Shown here in pieces: positions 9,403-17,663 of a stretch of DNA of 38,344 nt. The stretch lies in sequence record SRR31156797_9282; one strand, 5' to 3'. The notes under the pieces are model-generated. The model was not told where the DNA came from. It did not search any database and saw only the letters and a list, made by a program, of their open reading frames with translations. A program made the position numbers and the translations under genes. The first letter of the stretch is position 1. Each line of letters opens with the position of its first letter.

Positions 9403-10872
9403 GTGTCCGAAGAATTCAAAGAGCGTAACGGCGTGGAAGAAGGCGAAGAAAGTTTCGCCGAACTGTTTGAGCAGTACAGCGAAGGCGGCGGCGACAACCT
9501 GAACATTGGAGACAAGGTCTCAGGAAAAGTCATCCAGGTCGGTGAAAGCACGATTTTCGTGGACACCGGCACCAAACTGGACGGTGTCGTCGAAAAAGCT
9601 GAAATGCTGGACGAAGAAGGCAACTGCACCGTATCCGACGGCGACACCGTAGAACTCTACGTCGTCGGCAAGGACTCCGGAGGCATCAAGCTCTCCCGCG
9701 CCATCTCCGGCATCGGCGGCCTAGCCATGCTTGAGGAAGCCAAGAGCAGCAACCTGCCTGTAGAAGGTAAAGTCGAATCCACCTGCAAAGGCGGCTTCAA
9801 TGTCACTCTGATGCAACGCCGCGCATTCTGCCCGGTCAGCCAGATTGACAGTCGCTTCGTGGAAGACCCTGAGGAATATGTAGGGAAGACTTTGGAATTC
9901 CTCGTGACCAAGCTGGAACAAAATGGTCGTAACATCGTAGTCTCCCGCCGTTCATTGCTGGAACGTGATGCAGCCGAAGCTGCCGAAACGTTTGTTTCCG
10001 AAACAAACGTCGGCGATGAAGTGGAAGGTACCATTACCCGCTTGGCTGCTTTCGGCGCATTCGTCGAAATCATGCCCGGTCTGGAAGGTTTGGTACACAT
10101 TTCCCAGATTTCCTATGGTCGTATCGGTCATCCTGAAGAAGCCGTCACTGTAGGCCAAAAGGTCAAAGCCAAAATCATCCGCATCGAACACGATGACAAA
10201 GGCCGCCTTAAGATTTCCCTGTCCATGAAAGAACTGGCCCAAGATCCTTGGGACACTCTTTCCGCCACTTTTGCGGAAGGCGACAAGGTCACTGGCAAGA
10301 TTGTCCGTCTGGCTGACTTCGGCGCATTTGTTGAAATCGCACCAGGTGTAGACGGTTTGGTACATGTCTCTGAAATGACCTATACCAAACGCATCAACAA
10401 ACCTGCCGATTTCGTGTCTGAAGGTCAGGTAGTGTCAGTCAAAATCAAGTCCATAGATCTCGACAAACGCCGCATAGGCCTGTCCATGAAGGACGCTGAA
10501 GGCGATCCGTGGCTCGACGTGGCTGAAAAATATCAGCCGGGCCAAAAGGTCGAAGGAACAGTGGAAAAACAGGAACAGTTCGGCATCTTCATTCAGCTCG
10601 AACCCGGCATCACCGGCCTACTGCCCAAATCCATAATCGCTCGCTCCGAAAAACCGGCAGCCTTTGAGAAACTGCACGCTGGAGATAGCGTTGAAATCGT
10701 CATCGGCGAAGTCAAAGCAAATGACCGCAGAATCTCTCTGACCACCGGCGACGTACAGGACGACGGCGACTGGAAACAGTTTGCTCCCAAGAAGCAAAAG
10801 TCCTCTGAAGCCTCTGGCGGCATGGGCCTGCTCGGCGATAAGTTGCAAGCAGCCTTCAACAAAAAGAAATAA
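9403..10872 (+). CDS. rpsA: 30S ribosomal protein S1 family protein (five S1 domains; possibly the shorter paralog)
   Basis: GTG start, N-terminal ESFAELF, repeated FGAFVEI..G..GLVH.S S1 motifs and a C-terminal MGLLGDKL segment. Confidence 0.85.
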   Translation: MSEEFKERNGVEEGEESFAELFEQYSEGGGDNLNIGDKVSGKVIQVGESTIFVDTGTKLDGVVEKAEMLDEEGNCTVSDGDTVELYVVGKDSGGIKLSRAISGIGGLAMLEEAKSSNLPVEGKVESTCKGGFNVTLMQRRAFCPVSQIDSRFVEDPEEYVGKTLEFLVTKLEQNGRNIVVSRRSLLERDAAEAAETFVSETNVGDEVEGTITRLAAFGAFVEIMPGLEGLVHISQISYGRIGHPEEAVTVGQKVKAKIIRIEHDDKGRLKISLSMKELAQDPWDTLSATFAEGDKVTGKIVRLADFGAFVEIAPGVDGLVHVSEMTYTKRINKPADFVSEGQVVSVKIKSIDLDKRRIGLSMKDAEGDPWLDVAEKYQPGQKVEGTVEKQEQFGIFIQLEPGITGLLPKSIIARSEKPAAFEKLHAGDSVEIVIGEVKANDRRISLTTGDVQDDGDWKQFAPKKQKSSEASGGMGLLGDKLQAAFNKKK

Positions 10873-10884
10873 ATCACACCAAAC

Positions 10885-10924
10885 AAAAAGCCCCGACAAT
10901 CAAACGATTGCCGGGGCTTTTTTT
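10885..10924 (+). terminator. Intrinsic terminator after the S1 gene
   Basis: AAAAAGCCCCGACAATC-AAAC-GATTGCCGGGGCTTTTTTT. Confidence 0.85.
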
Positions 10925-10977
10925 GGATTTATTCGGTTCAAACGTGTTTTCATCTTATGAAATACGCTTTCGCAAAT

Positions 10978-11008
10978 AAAGCCCCCTGTACATGGTACAG
11001 AGGGCTTA
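10978..11008 (-). terminator. Intrinsic terminator after the small sigma28-linked gene
   Basis: Minus strand AAGCCCTCTGTAC-CAT-GTACAGGGGGCTTTATTT. Confidence 0.75.
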
Positions 11009-11034
11009 TCTTATCGTATAAGAAAAGTTGCTAT

Positions 11035-11292
11035 CTATACATCCCCCAGCGAGGTAGACACGGCTTGGATTACAGACCCATTTGTATTGTAAGTGGGAGC
11101 CGCTTCAGTGGCGACAAGCTTACTCGCAAGGGAAGGATCAGCCATGACTTGCCGCTCCAGCTTTGCTTTTTTGATATTCTTCATCTCATTCGCATTCGAT
11201 TCGGCTTGGCTGTTCTGCTGCTCCGCCACCCTCTGCTCAGCGCCTTGCTGCTTGGGCAGTTCCATCGCTTGACTGACTCCACTGATGTCCAT
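11035..11292 (-). CDS. Small hypothetical protein (85 aa, MDISGVSQAM...), probable sigma28/flagellar-regulon member
   Basis: Perfect SD AAGGAGG (11304-11298) 5 nt before ATG 11292, with a sigma28 promoter upstream and its own terminator downstream. Confidence 0.8.
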   Translation of the reverse strand: MDISGVSQAMELPKQQGAEQRVAEQQNSQAESNANEMKNIKKAKLERQVMADPSLASKLVATEAAPTYNTNGSVIQAVSTSLGDV

Positions 11293-11330
11293 GCAATCCT
11301 CCTTGGATTTCTTTTTTGTTCGAGTATGTC

Positions 11331-11359
11331 TTATCGGCACATGTCCAAAAAATCTTTAG
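11331..11359 (-). promoter_or_regulatory. Sigma28 (FliA/SigD) promoter
   Basis: CTAAA(11359-11355)-N16-GCCGATAA(11338-11331) matches the TAAA-N15/16-GCCGATAA consensus. Confidence 0.8.
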
Positions 11360-11440
11360 GGAGTGATGCCATTATTCTAATGAAACACAATCAAACATGA
11401 GAGGCACTTACATTTTCGCCACAAGACTTTTTTTGTGTAT

Positions 11441-11600
11441 CTACAACTCAGCTTCTTCCGAATCAGGACCAAACAGATCTTCCTCTGGTAAGATTTCAGA
11501 CAGACTTTTTCGTCGCGACCTCTTCATTTTTGGACGCCTCGGATGACTGACAGGTAAGAACAGGGGGCATGACTGAATAGTCTCTTGAAATAGTGGACAT
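11441..11600 (-). other. Candidate small ORF (34 aa, 11600-11496), or a 52-aa gene frameshifted in an A5 run
   Basis: AGGAAG 6 nt before ATG 11600, product MSTISRDYSVMPPVLTCQSSEASKNEEVATKKSV*. Removing one A at 11506-11510 extends it with SLSEILPEEDLFGPDSEEAEL* to 11441. Confidence 0.35.
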
Positions 11601-11623
11601 AGAGTACTTCCTATTTCAAGAAG

Positions 11624-11650
11624 ATATCGAACAACGAATCTAATTTTTTA
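11624..11650 (-). promoter_or_regulatory. Second, weaker sigma28-like promoter
   Basis: TAAA(11650-11647)-N15-TTCGATAT(11631-11624), upstream of the ATG at 11600. Confidence 0.45.
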
Positions 11651-11678
11651 GGATGTGTGAACGGATACTCACATACTC

Positions 11679-12521
11679 CTACAAACCGGCGTCCCCCCAT
11701 GGGCATGAAGAAATCACAGAAAATCCGGGCAGCTCAAGCCGTTCGTGATGAAGGTGCAACAGGTCTGCATCGTCGCCGTTCCCATACAAAGGATCACCGA
11801 CAATCGGATGTCCGACACTCGCCAGATGTGCCCGAATCTGATGTCGCGCACCTTTCATGATTAGACAACGTACCATTGTCGTATTTTTTTCATGATCATG
11901 AGAAATAACGGTGACGTCAGTCCAACGATGAGGATCATCAGAATCTTCAGCTAATGCACGAGTTGTTTTTCGGTCATCCGTATCCAATGCACTCCGCACG
12001 GAAACGACTCCATCAAGCCGTCCGTGGACCTCGGCGCAATAATATTTCCTAATATACCCGTTATCTTCCAGTTCATGATACTCATTGACAGCTTCTTTGG
12101 TCAAAGCAACCAATAAAAGCCCTGATGTTAAATAATCAAGCCTATTCAACAAAATGGTATCATCACCAGAACACAATTCCGGCAACACACTTTCTACACA
12201 GGGGGCATCACGTCCCGCAATAGCTGCGGAATGGACACCCCCGGGTTTGAAGACAGCGGCAAACGCCTCATTTTGATCAACCACGTAGACTCCCAGTTCC
12301 TTTCCAGACATGGTGTCACTCCCTCCAAAAATTTCTACATGCTGTCCCACACGCACTTTGTATCCGGGTTTCCGTTTTTTCCCGTCAACCAGTACGCGTC
12401 CATCGTCGCACAACCGCCGCCGAAAGCGAAGCCCTTCACCTGCCACTACAGACTCAAGGACCTTGTCCAGCCGCAATCCGTCCGATTCATCGCCGATAAT
12501 ATATTCTTTCTGGATATCCAT
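11679..12521 (-). CDS. RluA/RluD-family RNA pseudouridine synthase with N-terminal S4 domain
   Basis: S4 segment RLDKVL...GRVLVDGK..KPGYKV..G, then KPGGVHS, catalytic NRLDYLTSGL, GARHQIRAHLASVGHPIVGDPLYG and LHLH. Start is taken at ATG 12521 (M23 of the track ORF). Confidence 0.9.
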   Translation of the reverse strand: MDIQKEYIIGDESDGLRLDKVLESVVAGEGLRFRRRLCDDGRVLVDGKKRKPGYKVRVGQHVEIFGGSDTMSGKELGVYVVDQNEAFAAVFKPGGVHSAAIAGRDAPCVESVLPELCSGDDTILLNRLDYLTSGLLLVALTKEAVNEYHELEDNGYIRKYYCAEVHGRLDGVVSVRSALDTDDRKTTRALAEDSDDPHRWTDVTVISHDHEKNTTMVRCLIMKGARHQIRAHLASVGHPIVGDPLYGNGDDADLLHLHHERLELPGFSVISSCPWGDAGL

Positions 12522-12571
12522 TCTGTCAGCATACCCTTGAACATGGTCAACTCGCAAGGATTTCCAATGCG

Positions 12572-12600
12572 TTGACGCAGAATACAATTAATCCTAAAAC
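12572..12600 (+). promoter_or_regulatory. Putative sigma70 promoter of the OCD-EamA-addAB run
   Basis: TTGACG-17 bp-TAAAAC, with RBS AAGGA before ATG 12641. Confidence 0.55.
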
Positions 12601-12640
12601 AATCCATCAACTGAAATACACGCTAAAATAAGGAACGCTC

Positions 12641-13627
12641 ATGGCATACGAAGTGCTCTGGATATCGGCCAAGGAAATCGACCAACTCGGCATCACCATG
12701 TTGGAAGTCATGAACGCGGTTGAAACGGGTTTCGCGGCCATTGGACGCGGAGAAGGTGAAATGCCCGCAAAAATCGGTATTCACTCCCGTGAAGATTGCT
12801 TCATCCACGCTATGCCTTGCTACCTTGGTGGCGACATCGACCGCGCCGGAGTCAAATGTGTATCCGGCTATCCGCCTAACCCTGCCAAAGGCCACCCGTA
12901 TATCACCGGCATAATGCTTCTGAACGATCCCGATACAGGTATTCCCGTGGCGGTCATGGATGCAGCATGGGTAACGGCATGGCGTACAGGCGCCGCTTCC
13001 GGTGTCTATGCTCGACACTTTGGCAATCCCGACACAACATCTGTGACTATCGTTGGAACAGGCGTTCAAGGACGCGTGAACCTACTGGCCATGAAGGAAG
13101 CATTCCCCAAACTCAATGAAATACGCTGTTTTGATATCTTTGATTCATCCATAGCAAAATTCATCACTGACATGCAGCCTCAACTGCCCGAGGCAACATT
13201 CGTCACTTGCACAGAGCTCGAAACTGCGGTGAAAGACGCTGATGTACTGATCACCTGCACGCCGATAGTTGAAACCCCAGAACGATCCATACCTCAATCA
13301 TGGATAAAGAAAGATTGTCTCGTCATTTCAGTCGATTATGACTCTGCTATTCATGAAGACATTTTCAAAGATGCCAATTTCACCTGTGACAATCGGAACC
13401 AGTATGTTTGGACGCAGGAACAAGGCACCTATTTCCAAAACGGCTACCCGCTTCCGGCTGATATCAATGCCGACATGGGCGAGATCTGCGCCGGGACTAA
13501 ACAAAGTGTGCGTGAAGGAAAACGCGGGGCCGTGCTCATGGGCATTGCCAGCCATGATATCATGACCGCATCCCTCATTTTTGACAGGGCTACATCCGCC
13601 GGACTTGGCACCAAGGTTGAGTTATAG
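12641..13627 (+). CDS. Ornithine cyclodeaminase / mu-crystallin family NAD(P)-dependent protein
   Basis: HAMP, GVKCVSGYPPNP, LNDPDTGIP.AVMD, TAWRTGAAS, Rossmann GTGVQG, ADVLITCT and GIASHD motifs. Confidence 0.9.
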   Translation: MAYEVLWISAKEIDQLGITMLEVMNAVETGFAAIGRGEGEMPAKIGIHSREDCFIHAMPCYLGGDIDRAGVKCVSGYPPNPAKGHPYITGIMLLNDPDTGIPVAVMDAAWVTAWRTGAASGVYARHFGNPDTTSVTIVGTGVQGRVNLLAMKEAFPKLNEIRCFDIFDSSIAKFITDMQPQLPEATFVTCTELETAVKDADVLITCTPIVETPERSIPQSWIKKDCLVISVDYDSAIHEDIFKDANFTCDNRNQYVWTQEQGTYFQNGYPLPADINADMGEICAGTKQSVREGKRGAVLMGIASHDIMTASLIFDRATSAGLGTKVEL

Positions 13628-13628
13628 A

Positions 13629-14513
13629 ATGACCGGATTTCTCTATGTTCTGGCCGCCGCCTTCATGTGGGGGCTTATTGGAGTTTTTACTCAGTACATT
13701 CTCGCCGAAGGCATCAGCGCGTTGGAAATAGCATTCTGGCGCGCCGCCCTTGCCTGGATCATGTTCCTTATACACGCCAGCGTCGCAAAACAGGTCAAAG
13801 TCCATCGGACAGATCTGCCTGCCCTGTTCGGCTTCGGCTTCATCTGTGTAACCCTGTTTTACGGTTCATACCAACTCGCCATCCGTGATGTCGGCGTCGG
13901 CCTCGCTGCAGTACTACTCTACACAGCCCCTGCCTGGGTCGCTCTTCTCTCATGGCTCGTACTCAAAGAGGCTATGACCAAAACAAAGATGACGTGTGTA
14001 GTCATGACCATACTCGGCGTTTCATGCATCAGTCTCGGCCCTCAACTACTCAGTGGAGCCTCTTTCAACCTCAACCTGTTCGGCCTGATAGCAGGACTGG
14101 TTTCCGGCTTTACCTATGCGTTGTATTATATCTTCGGGAAAAAATTCCTGTATAGATACCCCACGCCGACCATATTCGTTTACGCCCTGCCCTTCGGGGC
14201 CTTACTCCTCCTGCCTTTCGTCACCTTTGCAGACAAAAGCCCTCAGGCGTGGATGCTTCTGGCAGGCCTTGCGTTAGTCACATCCTACGGAGCATTCTCT
14301 GTCTACTATGAAGGACTAAAACGACTGGACGCCACCCACGCGTCAGTCATCGCCACCTTTGAACCCGTGGTTGCCGCCATCTTTGCCTATTCTCTATTCG
14401 GCGAAAAATTCTCCATCTTCGGCTATCTTGGCAGTTCCCTGATTCTGGTCGCTGTTTTTCTGGTTGTTCTTTCAGGTTCCCGAACCAGCCGTGCAGCCGG
14501 AGACGAGGTATAA
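13629..14513 (+). CDS. DMT/EamA family transporter
   Basis: Ten hydrophobic helices in two EamA repeats (AAFMWG, LLYTAPAWV, ATFEPVVA). ATG 13629 lies 1 nt after the upstream stop. Confidence 0.9.
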   Translation: MTGFLYVLAAAFMWGLIGVFTQYILAEGISALEIAFWRAALAWIMFLIHASVAKQVKVHRTDLPALFGFGFICVTLFYGSYQLAIRDVGVGLAAVLLYTAPAWVALLSWLVLKEAMTKTKMTCVVMTILGVSCISLGPQLLSGASFNLNLFGLIAGLVSGFTYALYYIFGKKFLYRYPTPTIFVYALPFGALLLLPFVTFADKSPQAWMLLAGLALVTSYGAFSVYYEGLKRLDATHASVIATFEPVVAAIFAYSLFGEKFSIFGYLGSSLILVAVFLVVLSGSRTSRAAGDEV

Positions 14514-14516
14514 ATC

Positions 14517-17500
14517 ATGTCACTCCTCAAACAGGTCAAAGCATCTGCCGGATCCGGCAAAACGTATCAACTCACCCGTCGATTCCTGACATTACTTGAT
14601 GCCTCAAGCGACACCGCCCAACCTTTTGTCTGCACCGGCAAAAAAGCGCACGGCTTCACATGGCCCGAAATCATGGCCGTGACCTTCACCAACAAGGCCG
14701 CTGCCGAAATGAAAGAACGGGTGGTCAAAGGACTGAAATCAAGCGCACTCAACCTCGGAGAAGACAAACACGCCTGTTCACCGGGAACAGCACGCACGAC
14801 ACTGAATGCAATTTTGCGTCGTTATCATCGTCTAAACATCCGTACCATCGACTCATTGCTCGCTTTGCTTCTCAGACTCTTCGCCCTTGAATTCGGGATC
14901 CGACCTGATTTCGAGATAGTCTTTGATGAACAGGAACTCTTTGACGCTATTTATGATCATTTCGTCGACATATGCCAAATAGACGGCCCGGAGTATGAAC
15001 TGCTCTCCGATGCGATGACCACACTTATCCGCACCGAAGGCCGCAGTGGATTCTGGGTGCAGGATGCCGTCAGAAATCGTATCAAGGAACTCACCGACCA
15101 CCTGCGTTCGATTCCTGAGCCTCTGCTCACCGATCAGGCGACCATAAAAGACCTTCTTACTACCGAATTCGCAGCCTTCAAGCAGTCGATCAACGACATG
15201 ACCGTGTATTTGAACGACACTGGCCTGCCAGCCAACAAGAATTTTCTCAAGTTTCTCGCCAAATGCGATGCTCTTGAGCTTTTCGATCCACCACAGGATT
15301 CCAAACTAATTCACAAGGAGACTTTTACGGATTGTGTTCTGACCAAAGGCAAACCCATGGTCGATGAACAGGCCGAAGCGCATTATGCCTATCTGCAAAA
15401 AAAATGGACCAAGTACCGCGCCAATCACGCCATGTTGTCAGGCGCATACTTTTTGGCCCCTGCCATTGAAATTGCCGAGAGGCTGACCAATGGTCTCAAC
15501 GAATTGCAAAAACAGCGCGGTATGATTCTCGGCTCCAGTCTGGCCGGTCACGTCAACCGCCTACTCTCTGGCGAAGCGGGCGTATCCGAGGCATATTGCC
15601 GTCTTGGCTGCCGACTGCACCACTTACTCGTAGACGAATTTCAAGACACAAGCCGTGACCAGTGGCAAGCGATCACTCCGCTGACTCAGGAATGTCTTGC
15701 CAAAGGGGGAAGTCTGTATTTTGTCGGCGATGTCAAACAGGCTATCTACGGCTGGCGGGGCGGAGACTCAACTCTATTCGACGAGGTCATGACTCAACCC
15801 GACATCGCTCCCATCGCCAGCGAAACCTCGGCAGACACCCTGCCCGATAACTGGCGCAGCTTCAGAAACGTCGTGGAATTCAACAATCTGTTCTTCCGCA
15901 ATCTGGAAACCATGGACCAAACAGGCGAGTTGGCGAACACACTGTTTCAGGACGCAGACGAATCATTCAAGGCACAATTTTCCATGGACCTGACCCGCAG
16001 CTTTACGGATTGTGCCCAATCCCTGCCCTCTAAAACAGCAGAGACACAGGGCTACGTTCGCATGACACAACTTGCGGGTAGTAAGAACAGTGAAGTCGAA
16101 GAAAACACCCTTGAAGCACTTGATGCGCTCATGGACGACCTGACCGCCCGTCGTAATTTCAAGGATATCGGTATACTGGTCCGTTCGCACAGACACGCCG
16201 CGCTTGTCTGTGACCTGTTAGTAAAAAAGAATATCCCGGTAATTACGGAGAATTCCCTGCAACTTGACCGACACCCTGTGGTTCGGCAGTTAGCCGGATT
16301 GCTCGGCTTTCTCGATTATCCACGTGACGACCTCGCCTTCCTGACCTTCATAGGAGGCAGCGAACTTTTTCAGGCAGAAGCCGAACTGGACAGTGAGAAA
16401 TTCCTCAACTGGCTCATCATCCCCAAGAAGAAACCACTCGGCGTTCAATTCCGTGAGGACTACCCCGAACTCTGGCGACGATTCATCGAACCGTTCTACA
16501 ACCAGTCCGGGCTGATGACACCCTACGACCTGACCCGCGAGGCTATTCGTGTCTTCCGTATATTGGAACGACACCCTGAATCCGAACTCTATGTCCGCCG
16601 CTTCCTTGAGGTTGTGCATTTAGCCGAAGAAAATGGCTATGGGTCACTGACCGCATTTCTTGAATACTGGAACGACAAATCCGGCGAGGAAAAAGTCCCG
16701 CTCCCTGAAAACATCGACGCCGTGCGCATCATGACCATCCACAAGTCAAAGGGCTTGGAATTCCCGGTTGTCATTGTTCCATTTCATCATTGGTCGGTGA
16801 AACCAGATCAAGATTTTTCCATTCAATCGTTCGAAAAACATCAGTTGCTTGTGCCCATGAAAAAAGGACTTGGACAGCCATATCATGAGAGCCTTGGCCG
16901 TGCTGTCCGGGAACAGCTCAATCTGTTGTACGTAGCTTGGACCAGATCCCGTGAGGAACTCTATGGATTCTTTGCGGAAAAGCCTGCAACATCACCGGCA
17001 TTGGCGGCCATGAATCTCTTTCTTGATCTCGATGACGACGGAGTTTTCGAATACGGTGTTACTCCGACGGAGACACATCCTTCTGAACCGAAAGAACCAA
17101 TTTTACCCTGCGAACTTCCTCGATCGGACACGGAAAGCCGACTCATGGAATGGCTTCCCAGACTGCGCGTCTACCGCCACAATCTGGACGATTATTTCTT
17201 CAATGAACGAATGCGTGGCGAAGTCGCCCACCGAGTTATGGAGCATTTGACTGTGACCGACGACGATAGGGCGGACACGGAACGAGCCATGCGTCTGGCA
17301 ACCGAAGATTTCCCGGAAATCGGCGCACTGCCGGAAACAGAACAAGCGAACCTGACCGAGGAACTCCGAGCAATGACACTCTGGGCCTTATCAGATAAAC
17401 GGTTCAAACACTGGCTCAAACACGGTCTGCGTGAACCGGAAATCATGGATGCCAACAACCAATTCAAACGAATCGACCTGCTCTACCTCGGTGATGAAAC

Positions 17501-17663
17501 GGTGATTGTGGATTTCAAGACAGGTCAACCCACACCGAAAAACCATGAACAGGTCCGAGAATATATGGACATTCTTTCATCAATGCCTGACATCCCTGAA
17601 CCTCAAGGATTTCTCGTCTATCTTGATCTCAAGAAAATCGTTGAAGTCGAGGTGGAGGCATAA
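14517..17663 (+). CDS. addA: AddA-like UvrD/SF1 helicase-nuclease
   Basis: Walker A ASAGSGKT, VTFTNKAAAEMKER, DEFQDTS, VGDVKQAIYGWRGG, NWRS, MTIHKSKGLEF and LLYVAWTRS. C-terminal PD-(D/E)XK nuclease RIDLL...VDFKTG...Q..EY. Confidence 0.85.
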   Translation: MSLLKQVKASAGSGKTYQLTRRFLTLLDASSDTAQPFVCTGKKAHGFTWPEIMAVTFTNKAAAEMKERVVKGLKSSALNLGEDKHACSPGTARTTLNAILRRYHRLNIRTIDSLLALLLRLFALEFGIRPDFEIVFDEQELFDAIYDHFVDICQIDGPEYELLSDAMTTLIRTEGRSGFWVQDAVRNRIKELTDHLRSIPEPLLTDQATIKDLLTTEFAAFKQSINDMTVYLNDTGLPANKNFLKFLAKCDALELFDPPQDSKLIHKETFTDCVLTKGKPMVDEQAEAHYAYLQKKWTKYRANHAMLSGAYFLAPAIEIAERLTNGLNELQKQRGMILGSSLAGHVNRLLSGEAGVSEAYCRLGCRLHHLLVDEFQDTSRDQWQAITPLTQECLAKGGSLYFVGDVKQAIYGWRGGDSTLFDEVMTQPDIAPIASETSADTLPDNWRSFRNVVEFNNLFFRNLETMDQTGELANTLFQDADESFKAQFSMDLTRSFTDCAQSLPSKTAETQGYVRMTQLAGSKNSEVEENTLEALDALMDDLTARRNFKDIGILVRSHRHAALVCDLLVKKNIPVITENSLQLDRHPVVRQLAGLLGFLDYPRDDLAFLTFIGGSELFQAEAELDSEKFLNWLIIPKKKPLGVQFREDYPELWRRFIEPFYNQSGLMTPYDLTREAIRVFRILERHPESELYVRRFLEVVHLAEENGYGSLTAFLEYWNDKSGEEKVPLPENIDAVRIMTIHKSKGLEFPVVIVPFHHWSVKPDQDFSIQSFEKHQLLVPMKKGLGQPYHESLGRAVREQLNLLYVAWTRSREELYGFFAEKPATSPALAAMNLFLDLDDDGVFEYGVTPTETHPSEPKEPILPCELPRSDTESRLMEWLPRLRVYRHNLDDYFFNERMRGEVAHRVMEHLTVTDDDRADTERAMRLATEDFPEIGALPETEQANLTEELRAMTLWALSDKRFKHWLKHGLREPEIMDANNQFKRIDLLYLGDETVIVDFKTGQPTPKNHEQVREYMDILSSMPDIPEPQGFLVYLDLKKIVEVEVEA

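Noticed and set aside
10957..11400. 147-aa plus-strand ORF
   Set aside because: It runs through a terminator and is antisense to the 85-aa gene, which has a promoter, SD and terminator.
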